Both the position numbers and the translations under genes were made by a program. Shown piece after piece: positions 16,791 to 25,167 of a stretch of DNA of 32,308 nt. The stretch comes from Pseudomonadota bacterium (lineage in GTDB: Bacteria; Bdellovibrionota_B; Oligoflexia; Oligoflexales; CAIYRB01). The stretch is from the NCBI GenBank assembly GCA_031416315.1, contig JANOTL010000194.1, positions 1 to 32,308 on the forward strand, given 5' to 3'. Position 1 is the stretch's first letter. The number at the start of each line of letters is the position of its first letter. Under the pieces are notes generated by a model. It was not told where the DNA came from and made no database searches. It saw nothing but the letters and a program-made list of their open reading frames with translations.

Positions 16791-16831
16791 GGTATACTTC
16801 CAAGTATATGCAGATCGGCGCTGACGACCAA
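16790..16831. promoter_or_regulatory. Putative bidirectional promoter: palindrome TATACTT-CC-AAGTATA providing a TATACT -10 on each strand
   Basis: Palindrome at 16793-16808 fills the 17-bp gap between divergent ATGs. Plus strand: TG-G-TATACT (extended -10). Minus strand: TTGGTC-N17-TATACT. Confidence 0.6.
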
Positions 16832-17692
16832 ACATTCTCGAGATTTAGGCGCTTCGGGCACCTGATTGCCGTCGCGAGCCTCGCGTTTTGCGCGGGCGTC
16901 GCGTGCGGGCGCGGGACGGAGGCGCGCATGAACGCCGTCGCGCCGGTAGCCGCCGACCCTTGGAGCAGAAGCATCGGCGGCCCGGGCGTCGAGACGATCG
17001 CGGGCGTCGCCGTCGACGCCGCTGGCAACGTGGTCCTCGCCGGCACGTTCACGGAGACGCTGACCATCGGCGCCACCACCCATATTGCTGCGGGCGAGGA
17101 CGACGTGTTCATCGCCAAGCTGTCGGCCGGCGGCGTGCCACGCTGGTCGAAGCATTTCGGCGCCGCCACGGCCGAGCGCGTGTCCGCCGTCGCCCTGGAC
17201 CCGGAGGGCAACGTCTTCGTCGCTGGCGCCATGCTCGAGTCCGTGGATTTCGGCCGAGGCGGGCTCCCCTTTGCCGGCGGCAGCGACGTCTTCGTCGTGA
17301 AGCTCGGGCCTGGCGGCGAGCCGCTTTGGTCGCGGTCCCTCGGCGGCATCGGCCGCGACGCCAACGCGCGCCTCGCGTTCGACGCCGCGGGCAACGTCGT
17401 CGTCGCCGCGGAGTTCAGCGACAAGATCGCGCTCGGCGACTTCGTGGCCGTGAGCCTCGGAAGGACCGATGTCTTCGTCGTACGTCTCGGCGCGAAAGAC
17501 GGGCTTCCCAGCGAAGGCCTAGGCCTCGGCGGCACGAGCGCCGACTCCGTCTCCGGGCTCGCCGTCGGCGTGACCGGCGTGCCCCTCGTGGCCGGCGCCT
17601 TTGCCGGCTCGCTCAAGATCGGCGCCGCGCCGCTCGAAAGCCTCGGGGGCGACGACACGTTCCTTGCCCGCCTCGGTGCCGTCCGCCGATGA
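16808..17692 (+). CDS. SBBP-type beta-propeller repeat lipoprotein
   Basis: Signal ending AGVAC; four ~61-aa repeats of WS.S.GG...(E/D)....VAVD..GNV.VAG.F......G......G..DVF(I/V).KL; the stop overlaps the next ATG. Confidence 0.85.
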   Translation: MQIGADDQTFSRFRRFGHLIAVASLAFCAGVACGRGTEARMNAVAPVAADPWSRSIGGPGVETIAGVAVDAAGNVVLAGTFTETLTIGATTHIAAGEDDVFIAKLSAGGVPRWSKHFGAATAERVSAVALDPEGNVFVAGAMLESVDFGRGGLPFAGGSDVFVVKLGPGGEPLWSRSLGGIGRDANARLAFDAAGNVVVAAEFSDKIALGDFVAVSLGRTDVFVVRLGAKDGLPSEGLGLGGTSADSVSGLAVGVTGVPLVAGAFAGSLKIGAAPLESLGGDDTFLARLGAVRR

Positions 17693-20600
17693 AGAAGGCC
17701 TTGAGCTTGCCGCGCTTGGCGCGAGACCCCGAGTCTTATGGCCTCGGTCTCTGCGGCGCCATGCTGCTCGCGGTGGCGTACGTGATCGCCGACGATTCGA
17801 TCCTCTTTTCGCGCGCCAAGCCTTCGACGGGCGAGGTGATCGGCACGGTCGAGAGCTTCGTCAACGACGTGAAGAGCCGTCCCGCCGTAACGCCGGTGTG
17901 GGACGAGGTGGAAGGCAAGCAGGAGCTGCGCCAACGCGACCATCTCTTCACCGCGGGGGCTTCGCGCGTCGGTTTGGTGCTGAAGGACGGCACGCGCCTC
18001 GACGTCGAGGAGCAAAGCCTCGTCGTCGTCGAGCTCGAGCCGCGCGGCTCGCTGCTGGACATTCGCAAGGGCCTCGTCTACATCGTTCCCGGCCGCTCCG
18101 ACGTCGACGTTGCCTTTCTCGTCAACGGCGTGCGAGGCTCCGTCGCCGCCGGTGAGTCCGAGGCGATCGTCAGCGTCGGCGCCGACGGCACCGCCGACGT
18201 CACCGTCCTGAAGGGCAGCGCCAAGATCGGCGAGGGCGCGGAGTCCCGGACGATCGGCGGGCGCGAGACCGGGACCGTGTCGCGCGAGGGCCGACTCGGC
18301 GAGGTCAAGCGGCTCGCCGTGAGCTTGGGCCTGCCGGCGTGGAACGCCGAAGTGGACGTCGGCGCCGGCGGCGCCGCCGAGTTCAGCTGGGAGCTCGGCG
18401 AGCCGCTGCGCGACGCCAGGATCGAGCTGGCGCGCGACTCGATGTTCACCGACGTGGTGCGCTCGCAAGCGGTTTCCGGCTCGTCCGCGAGCGTTGCGGC
18501 TCCGCCGACCGGCCCGCTCTACTGGCGGGTCCGTGGGACCAAGGCGCAAAGCGGCGAGGCTGTGGTCAGCGACGTCCGAAAGGTGAGCATCATCCGTTAC
18601 GTCCCGCCGGAGCTGCGAGCGCCGCGCGAGGGCGAGGTCTTCGTCCACGGCCGACCCGGCGGCTCGGGTGCTGGCGCAGTCTTCGACTGGCAAAGTGCCA
18701 GTGGCTCGCGCAGCGCGACGCTCGAGATCGCGTCCGACGCCGCGTTCGCGACCGTCGTGCACCGCGCCGACGCGGCCCGACCGCCGCTCGCGGTGAAGCT
18801 CGCGGACGGCGCCTATTACGCGCGCATCCGCGGGGTCTACGCGGCCGGCGCCAGCTCGCCGTGGGGGGAGGCGGTCACTTTCTCAGTCGCGCCGCTGCCG
18901 CCTTTGTCGGCGCCGATGGCCGAGGCGCCGGAGGACGGCCGCCAGGTCCGTTTCGCGGGGAAAGAGACGGTCCCCGTAGCCTTCGCGTTCCGGAGCCCGG
19001 GGGCGCCGTTGAAACGACTCGTCGTCGAGATCAGCGATCGCCCCGACTTCGAGACGCTGGTCGACACGGTGAGCTCGATCCGCGCGGCCGCGAGCTGGAC
19101 GCCGAGCGCCGCTGGCGCCTACTACTGGCGCTCGCGGTTGGAAGACCCGCTCGGGCGCACGTCTGGCTACAGCGAGCCTCGCAAGCTCGCCGTCCTCGCC
19201 GCGGTCGTCCTGCCTCCGAGCTTGGAAGCGCCGGCGGACGCCGCCCTCATGCCGGCGTCCGGCGCGCCGCAACGCCGCACGTTTCGCTGGACCTCGCAGT
19301 CCGCCGGCGCGCGCGTTCGTCTCGAGATCGCGCGCGACGCCGCCTTCCGCGACACGGTATTGAGCCGCGACACTGAAGACACGAGCTTCGTCTGGGACGC
19401 GCCGGAGCCCGGGTCATTTCATTGGCGGATCGTCGAAGGTCCGGACGGGGAGACGCCCGTGCCGAGCGCGCCGCGCCGGGTCGAGGTGATCGAGAAGCCG
19501 CGCTTGAGGGCGCCGGTGCTGACACCGAAGTCCGATGTGATCATCGAGCCCGACAATCAGGGCGGCTTTCGCTGGCACCATGTCCTCTTTCCCGTGGCCT
19601 ACGCCGCCGGCTCCGGCGTCCGCGCCGAGATCGTCTGGCCTGTGGTTGAGAACGCCGTCTCCTACCGCTTGCAGATCGCGCGCGACGCCGAGTTCGCGCA
19701 GGTGATCGTCGACGACGTGACGAAGGTCGCGGCCTACGTTTGGCGCAGCCCCGAGCCCGGTCTTTTTTTCTACCGCGTTCTCGCTTTGGACGAGGACGGC
19801 GACCCGTCCGAGTTCTCCGCGCCGGCCGAGCTCGTCGTTCGCCACCGTCAGCTCGTGACGCTTTCGCCGGCCGACGGCGCTATGGTCGAAGGCGTCGAGG
19901 ACAAGGTCTCTTTTCAATGGCAAGCGCATCCCGCGGGCGCCTCTTACGTGCTGGAGATCGCGAGCGACCCCAACTTCGCCGAGCTCGTCGACCGGCAGGA
20001 GACGCGCGAAACATCGATCGCCGTGGAGCTCGAGAGGTCCGGGACCTTGCATTGGCGGGTGCGGGCGCTGACTTCGACGGGTGCGGTCGCGGCCGAGTCG
20101 ATCAGCCGCGCCATCAACGTGGCGGCCGCGCCGGAGATCCAGGAAACGCCTCTGCCGCCCGTCCCCGAGGTTCCGGAGGTTCCCGAGGTTCCTGTGGTCC
20201 CCCCGGCGGCGCCAACGGCCGAGGCGGCGCCTCCCCCACTGGCCGCGCCGAGGCTCAAGTTGCCGCCCGACGGTGCGAAGCTTTTGATGACCGGAGCCAC
20301 CGACAAGCTGAAGCTGAGCTGGGAGGCGGTGCCAGGCGCCACGCGTTACGCCGTCACGCTCAAGCCGACGGCTGGCGCATGGGCGGCGGCGAGCGAATTG
20401 ACCAGTGAGGAGCCGGGGCTCGAGCTCACGTTGCCGTCCGGTGATTACGTGTGGCGGGTGAAGGCCACGGCCGGCCGCAAGCGCGAGGGACCCTGGAGCG
20501 TCGAGCGCCGGTTCAAGGCGGTCGCGTTCGCGCCGCCACAGGCGCCGGCGCCACCGCTGAAGGCGCCGATTTTGACGGTCGCCGACGCTCGCACTTACGA

Positions 20601-21243
20601 TTCCTCGATCGCTTTCGGGATCGGCATGTCGCGCGTGAGCTACGAATTCACCTCGAGCCGTGCCGTCCGCACGGTCGACGACAGCGCGACGCAGGGCGCC
20701 GCCTTCGCCGGCAGCGTTCGGGCTGGGAGCTTCCTCGACTTTCGCTTGCGCGCCAGCGGCTATTCGCTCGAGGTCGACGGCGAAAGGCACGCGCTCTTGC
20801 GCACCCTCGTCGACATCGGGGTGCGGTGGCCGCTCGCGGCGGCGCTCGTTTTGGTGCCTTACCTCGGGCTCGGCGCTCGCGACACCTTGATCTTCCACCG
20901 TTCGGCCGGGGAGACGGTGACCGCCGCCGCCGTCGGCGTGACCGGCGCCGGACTGACCGGCTTGCGTCTCGTCTTCACGGCGGGGATCTTTTCGGGAGAG
21001 CTCGGCGGCGAAGCCGCGCTCGTCGTAGACGGCGGCCCGTTGACGCGCCGCAGCGCCCGCGAGTGGTCGGCGAGCGCCGGAGCTTTCGCGCGCGTCGTCG
21101 GCGGGCTTTCGCTCGGCATCGGCTACGACCACTCGGATCGAAGCTTGGACGGCCTTAAACGTCGGGCCGACGGTGAGGAGCAGGCCGCGGCGCTGCGCGA
21201 GCGGGTCGGACTCGTGACGGGACGCCTGGCTTACCTCTTCTAA
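17689..21243 (+). CDS. FecR-domain protein with seven FN3-like domains and a C-terminal predicted beta-barrel (1184 aa)
   Basis: ATG 17689 in an ATGA overlap; TM GLCGAMLLAVAYVIA; FecR-like LRQRDHLFTAGASRVGLVLKDGTRLDVEEQSLVVV...VTVLKGSAKI; seven F.W......LEIA.D..F...G.YYWRV units; ends GLVTGRLAYLF. Confidence 0.88.
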   Translation: MKKALSLPRLARDPESYGLGLCGAMLLAVAYVIADDSILFSRAKPSTGEVIGTVESFVNDVKSRPAVTPVWDEVEGKQELRQRDHLFTAGASRVGLVLKDGTRLDVEEQSLVVVELEPRGSLLDIRKGLVYIVPGRSDVDVAFLVNGVRGSVAAGESEAIVSVGADGTADVTVLKGSAKIGEGAESRTIGGRETGTVSREGRLGEVKRLAVSLGLPAWNAEVDVGAGGAAEFSWELGEPLRDARIELARDSMFTDVVRSQAVSGSSASVAAPPTGPLYWRVRGTKAQSGEAVVSDVRKVSIIRYVPPELRAPREGEVFVHGRPGGSGAGAVFDWQSASGSRSATLEIASDAAFATVVHRADAARPPLAVKLADGAYYARIRGVYAAGASSPWGEAVTFSVAPLPPLSAPMAEAPEDGRQVRFAGKETVPVAFAFRSPGAPLKRLVVEISDRPDFETLVDTVSSIRAAASWTPSAAGAYYWRSRLEDPLGRTSGYSEPRKLAVLAAVVLPPSLEAPADAALMPASGAPQRRTFRWTSQSAGARVRLEIARDAAFRDTVLSRDTEDTSFVWDAPEPGSFHWRIVEGPDGETPVPSAPRRVEVIEKPRLRAPVLTPKSDVIIEPDNQGGFRWHHVLFPVAYAAGSGVRAEIVWPVVENAVSYRLQIARDAEFAQVIVDDVTKVAAYVWRSPEPGLFFYRVLALDEDGDPSEFSAPAELVVRHRQLVTLSPADGAMVEGVEDKVSFQWQAHPAGASYVLEIASDPNFAELVDRQETRETSIAVELERSGTLHWRVRALTSTGAVAAESISRAINVAAAPEIQETPLPPVPEVPEVPEVPVVPPAAPTAEAAPPPLAAPRLKLPPDGAKLLMTGATDKLKLSWEAVPGATRYAVTLKPTAGAWAAASELTSEEPGLELTLPSGDYVWRVKATAGRKREGPWSVERRFKAVAFAPPQAPAPPLKAPILTVADARTYDSSIAFGIGMSRVSYEFTSSRAVRTVDDSATQGAAFAGSVRAGSFLDFRLRASGYSLEVDGERHALLRTLVDIGVRWPLAAALVLVPYLGLGARDTLIFHRSAGETVTAAAVGVTGAGLTGLRLVFTAGIFSGELGGEAALVVDGGPLTRRSAREWSASAGAFARVVGGLSLGIGYDHSDRSLDGLKRRADGEEQAAALRERVGLVTGRLAYLF

Positions 21244-21250
21244 CGCGCCC

Positions 21251-21374
21251 GCCGTCCGAAGCCGTTTGCCGGATCCGCGAGCCGACGCAGTAAGCCGTTC
21301 CGGAGGCCGGCTTGCAGAACGGCTTCCTGAGTCGGCTTGTCGGCTTGCAGATCCGCCTATCGGCTTCAGACGGC
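21251..21374. repeat. 124-bp imperfect palindrome with an 8-bp duplication in the right arm
   Basis: Centre between 21308 and 21309. Left arm 58 bp; right arm 66 bp because of GTCGGCTT-GTCGGCTT. Example segments: GCCGTCCGAAGCCG vs reverse complement GCCGTCTGAAGCCG (13/14), and GCCGACGCAGTAAGCCGTTC vs GCCGACTCAGGAAGCCGTTC (18/20). Confidence 0.85.
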
Positions 21375-21498
21375 CTCCATTCAAAGCAGGCCTTCGAGGC
21401 TCGGCGCCGGCGCGAGCCATCCGAGGTCGGCAAAGGTTGCCGCGTTAATTCTCGCCCCGGGGCTCCGAAAGGAGCACATCCATTCCCCGAGGGATCCG

Positions 21499-22515
21499 AT
21501 GCGCACACCCTTTCTCGCCCTCCTCGCGATGGCGACGCCGGTCTTCGGCGCCGCCGCGAACGACCGCTTCGACAACCAGCTCTCGAGCCCGCTCGTCGTC
21601 TCGCCGGCGCAGATCCACATGGTGCGGCAGCGCAACGTGCGGATCGAGGCCGGCGTGGCGACCGAGGCGGAGAAAACCGAGGTCGAGGCGATCGACTCCG
21701 GCACGATCGCCACCGGGCGCGCGAGCCGCGTCTTCGGCAGCGCCGTCGTCGCCGCGGAGGACAAGCACCTGCGCCTCGGCGTCACCGGCGACGTAAGCGC
21801 GATCGAAGCGCTCGTGCGCGCGACGGGAGCGGCTGACGTCACGAGTCGTGGCAAGCGTTCGCGCCTCGCGCCGATGATCGCCGTCGAGCTCACCCCGGTC
21901 GTTCTGGGGGTGCGCGGGACCATCGAGCAGGCGAGTCTCGCCGAGACGGCGACGGCAGCGGCGCGCACGGCGACCAGCGCCCGTCTCGACTTTGGCGTCA
22001 TGTTCCAGATCAACGGCATGGAAGGCGGCGCGGGCTACGCGCCGAGGAGTGAAGCGCGTGTCTCGACGGAGACGGCCAGCTCGGATCTACCGGGGACGAC
22101 GCTAGCGACGGAAGCGCGCGAGACGCTGCCCGCGAGCTTCGTCGTGCACGGGCGCGCTCGAGTCGCGCCGATTGCCGCGTTCGGCATGCAGTATCGGCAA
22201 ACGTCCTTGGCGGAGCTTCCGCCGGAGGCGACTTACCTGCCGGCTTCGAAGGATCTTCGCGCCCTGACCCTGACGAGCGAGATCGCCCTCGGTATCGCCT
22301 CCCTCGAGGGCACGCTGTCTTACGCGACCGCGACCCATCCGGAGGCGGCGCTCGCGACGCCGCGGACGATCGCGCGGTTTGGCGCCACGGGGGGCGCGTT
22401 CCTGCGGCTCGAAAAGACGAGCCTCGGATTGACCCTAGCGACCGAGCATGCCGCCGACGACACGAGGACCTTCGATACTTTTGCCGCCAGCCTCTCCGGC
22501 GCCGTCACCTTCTGA
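21499..22515 (+). CDS. Predicted outer-membrane beta-barrel protein of unknown function
   Basis: Signal peptide MRTPFLALLAMATPVFGAAA; alternating hydrophobic strands; C-terminal SLSGAVTF with terminal Phe. Confidence 0.75.
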   Translation: MRTPFLALLAMATPVFGAAANDRFDNQLSSPLVVSPAQIHMVRQRNVRIEAGVATEAEKTEVEAIDSGTIATGRASRVFGSAVVAAEDKHLRLGVTGDVSAIEALVRATGAADVTSRGKRSRLAPMIAVELTPVVLGVRGTIEQASLAETATAAARTATSARLDFGVMFQINGMEGGAGYAPRSEARVSTETASSDLPGTTLATEARETLPASFVVHGRARVAPIAAFGMQYRQTSLAELPPEATYLPASKDLRALTLTSEIALGIASLEGTLSYATATHPEAALATPRTIARFGATGGAFLRLEKTSLGLTLATEHAADDTRTFDTFAASLSGAVTF

Positions 22516-22536
22516 ACTCATGTAAAGGAGTCGATC

Positions 22537-23853
22537 ATGCAACGCGCCTCTTTCCTTCTGCTCGCGCTTTATGCCGCTGGCTGCGGCGTCTACGGCAAAG
22601 AGGAGCCTCCCCAAGGAGGATCGGGGTCAGGCGACGCGATCGCTGCCGGCAGCGAGATCTCGTGGGGCGTGCCGCTCGTCTTCGACGGCGCCTTGATCGA
22701 GGATCCGACGCGGAGCAGCGCGCACCGTTTCGTCCTGACGCAGCATTACGCGCTCGTTTTGACGAAGGACACCAGCATGCGGCTCATCGCCGAGCAAGCG
22801 ACCTCGTCCTGTCCGGGCGGCAGCTCGTTGCGGGGTGTTTACTTCACCCTGAGCTCTTCGGACGGCGTCTACACGCGCACGACCGATGAGGTCGAGCGGT
22901 CGGTCGCGCCGATGGCGCTCGAGGCGTTCCCCGGGAACGTGCCGGCCGGAACCTCGACTTTGACCGTCAGGGCTTATGCCGACGGGCCGTGCAAGGTCAT
23001 GCGCACGTTCCGCTTTCCGAAGCCGAACGTCGACGAGGGTTCGCTCGCTCCGGGCGGCTCGCCGGAGATGGATCTGAGCCTGGTCGGCGGCTGGAGCGGC
23101 TCGCGCCATGCGGCCGGCGTGCCGGTGACCTCTCAGCTGACCTTCGGCGCGGACCGCCGCGTGCAGATCACGGTCGACGCGGAGGACGAGCCCTTGGTCG
23201 AGATGACCGGCAAGGTCGACATGGACCGGTCCGTAAGGCCGCAACGCGCGCGCATCACGGTGACGAGCGTGCAGCGGACGAGCGGTGACGACCGCGCTTC
23301 GATCGGCGACGTCTACCGCTGCATCTACTATGCGACGCCTAGAGACGAGCCCGATGACCTGACCTGGGAATGCTCGCCGCGGAACGACGCCTCCTTCCCG
23401 CAGAATTTCACGGATAAAGCCGAGAGCTTCTTTCGCGTCAGCGGCGATCCGGGCGGTATGGAAGACTTCACCGTCATCAAGGACGACGACGTCTACGTGG
23501 CGATCCCGGACGCGGACCCGACCGGCATCTTGCACGGTTTCGACGTCCAGACCGTCGCTGGCGCGGTGCTCGCGGTCGGCGTGACGTTCGAGATCACCCA
23601 CCAGCATGTTGGGGATCTGCGGGTAAGTTTGGTGCATCCAGATGGGACGAGGGTCGAGCTGTTCGCACGGGACGCAGGCACGTCGACCTATCTGGCGCGA
23701 AGCTACGGCGTGGGCGGAAGCGCTCTGCCCGGGCTTGCGGATCTCGTCGGGAAGCCGCTGAACGGCAAGTGGTTGCTAGAGGTCAAAGACGAGGTCGCCG
23801 GCGACACCGGGGCGCTGTACCGGGCAAAATTAGTCGTCGAAGCGCGGTACTGA
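22537..23853 (+). CDS. Lipoprotein with a C-terminal proprotein-convertase P-domain
   Basis: AAGGAG SD; lipobox YAAGC; C-terminal AIPDADPTG...VTFEITHQHVGDLRVSLVHPDGT...LNGKWLLEVKDEVAGDTGAL; no subtilase catalytic domain recognised. Confidence 0.85.
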   Translation: MQRASFLLLALYAAGCGVYGKEEPPQGGSGSGDAIAAGSEISWGVPLVFDGALIEDPTRSSAHRFVLTQHYALVLTKDTSMRLIAEQATSSCPGGSSLRGVYFTLSSSDGVYTRTTDEVERSVAPMALEAFPGNVPAGTSTLTVRAYADGPCKVMRTFRFPKPNVDEGSLAPGGSPEMDLSLVGGWSGSRHAAGVPVTSQLTFGADRRVQITVDAEDEPLVEMTGKVDMDRSVRPQRARITVTSVQRTSGDDRASIGDVYRCIYYATPRDEPDDLTWECSPRNDASFPQNFTDKAESFFRVSGDPGGMEDFTVIKDDDVYVAIPDADPTGILHGFDVQTVAGAVLAVGVTFEITHQHVGDLRVSLVHPDGTRVELFARDAGTSTYLARSYGVGGSALPGLADLVGKPLNGKWLLEVKDEVAGDTGALYRAKLVVEARY

Positions 23854-23886
23854 CCGAGGGTCGACGTCTAGTTCATGTCGCGGTCC

Positions 23887-25167
23887 TTAGCGCGCAGGGG
23901 CCGTCGCGACCCCGTCCAAGAACGACCGCAAAGCGTCCTGAAAGTCCCGCTTGTCGTTGAACTTGAACCCCTCGAAAATTTGCTTGAAGTCGATCGTCCG
24001 ATACCCCAGACCCTTTTGATCGGACGTATATAGCAGCCCGACGTTTTGCATGTTGAAGCCGACGTAGCTGCCGTCGAACGCGGTGAGCCGCTCTTTGATG
24101 TCACCGTTGCTCGCGAGCTCGAGGCCCGATTTGCAGGACTCCATGAAGACCAGCGGGAAGTACATCCCGAGCTTCGGATCGCCGCCGCCAACTTTTTGCA
24201 GCGTCGTCAGGTAGTCTTTCTTCGAGATCCCGACCTGCTGCGCGACGGCCGCCTTCCTCAGGATGTCTTGGTTCTTCATCAGGACCGTGTCGATCTCGTC
24301 GAGGATGGGGTTGTCCATCTTGTCGCCGTCGAGGATGGGGTTGTCCATCTTGTCGGCGTCGAGGCCGGTGCGGTCGGTGGCGTTGCCGAGGACGGCGGCC
24401 CACACGTCCTCGTCGGGGACGTTGCGTACGTCGACGGAGAGGTGCGGCGCGACGGCCATCTCCTTCGAGCCGTGCGATTTCGTGATCAAAACGTAGCGGT
24501 ATTCGCCCATCGGGAAGTTCTTCATCACTTCGTCGATCGCCTTGCGGAAGACGAAGGGATTGGCGAGCGGCTGCGACTGGAAGCGAAAGTCGTCGAAGTT
24601 CGGTACGGCGTACGTGCCCTTCTGCGCCCGCGTCGACGGCATGCAGTAGTCGTAGTTCAGCGTGCGCTCGTAGTCGTAGGGCTGATCGGGATTCTTCACG
24701 GCGCTCGCGTCGTTGCCGAAGTTGCGGAAGACGATGAGCCCCATCTGGTAGCGCGGATTCGGCTTGCAGATCGCCTGCGTCAGATAGCTCAGGTCCTTGT
24801 CGACGACGCGACGAAATCCGTTCCAGTCGTCGGCGACGCGCGTGGCGACCTGGCGCAGCCGGCCCTTCTGCGAGTCGGACAGCTTCGGGCTCGTCTGCCC
24901 CGACCGCAGCTTGCCGATCAAAGCTTCTTTGTTCAGGTGCGCGACGTCGTCGTCGGTCGGCGCGTAGGTGTCGTTGCTGTAATAGATCAGCACCACCTTC
25001 TTCTTGCGAAGATCGGGGCTGTCCATCAACGCCTCGTCCTGGCTCATGGGGCGACCCGGATTGAGATCCTTGAGCTCCGCTTCGGCCTGGGGGGCTTGGC
25101 GGGCTTTACAAGAGACGAAGAGCATTGCGGCCAATACGGCGGCAAACGCGGGGACGCGTGCGACCAC
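23887..25167 (-). CDS. Lipoprotein, putative clan CD (clostripain/C11-like) cysteine peptidase
   Basis: GTG 25167 with AAAGGA SD; lipobox LFVSC; VVLIYYSND; YVLITKSHG (His codon 24472-24474) and LVFMESC (Cys codon 24133-24135), each following a hydrophobic strand as in clan CD. Confidence 0.7.
   Translation of the reverse strand: MVARVPAFAAVLAAMLFVSCKARQAPQAEAELKDLNPGRPMSQDEALMDSPDLRKKKVVLIYYSNDTYAPTDDDVAHLNKEALIGKLRSGQTSPKLSDSQKGRLRQVATRVADDWNGFRRVVDKDLSYLTQAICKPNPRYQMGLIVFRNFGNDASAVKNPDQPYDYERTLNYDYCMPSTRAQKGTYAVPNFDDFRFQSQPLANPFVFRKAIDEVMKNFPMGEYRYVLITKSHGSKEMAVAPHLSVDVRNVPDEDVWAAVLGNATDRTGLDADKMDNPILDGDKMDNPILDEIDTVLMKNQDILRKAAVAQQVGISKKDYLTTLQKVGGGDPKLGMYFPLVFMESCKSGLELASNGDIKERLTAFDGSYVGFNMQNVGLLYTSDQKGLGYRTIDFKQIFEGFKFNDKRDFQDALRSFLDGVATAPAR
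24297..24364 (-). repeat. In-frame 30-bp tandem duplication encoding D(A/G)DKMDNPIL twice
   Basis: CGTCGAGGATGGGGTTGTCCATCTTGTCG(C/G) twice (29/30 identical), followed by a partial CGTCGAGG. Confidence 0.95.

Noticed and set aside
21365..21374. Exact Neisseria DNA uptake sequence (TTCAGACGGC, reverse complement of GCCGTCTGAA) at the palindrome end
   Set aside because: I noticed only this one exact copy in 32 kb, and the gene content is unlike Neisseriaceae; most likely coincidence.
16480..21420. ORFs 16480-18762(-) and 19414-21420(-), and the 5' extension 16888-17688 of the FecR ORF
   Set aside because: Shadows of the SBBP and FecR genes; the real FecR start is the ATGA-coupled ATG at 17689.
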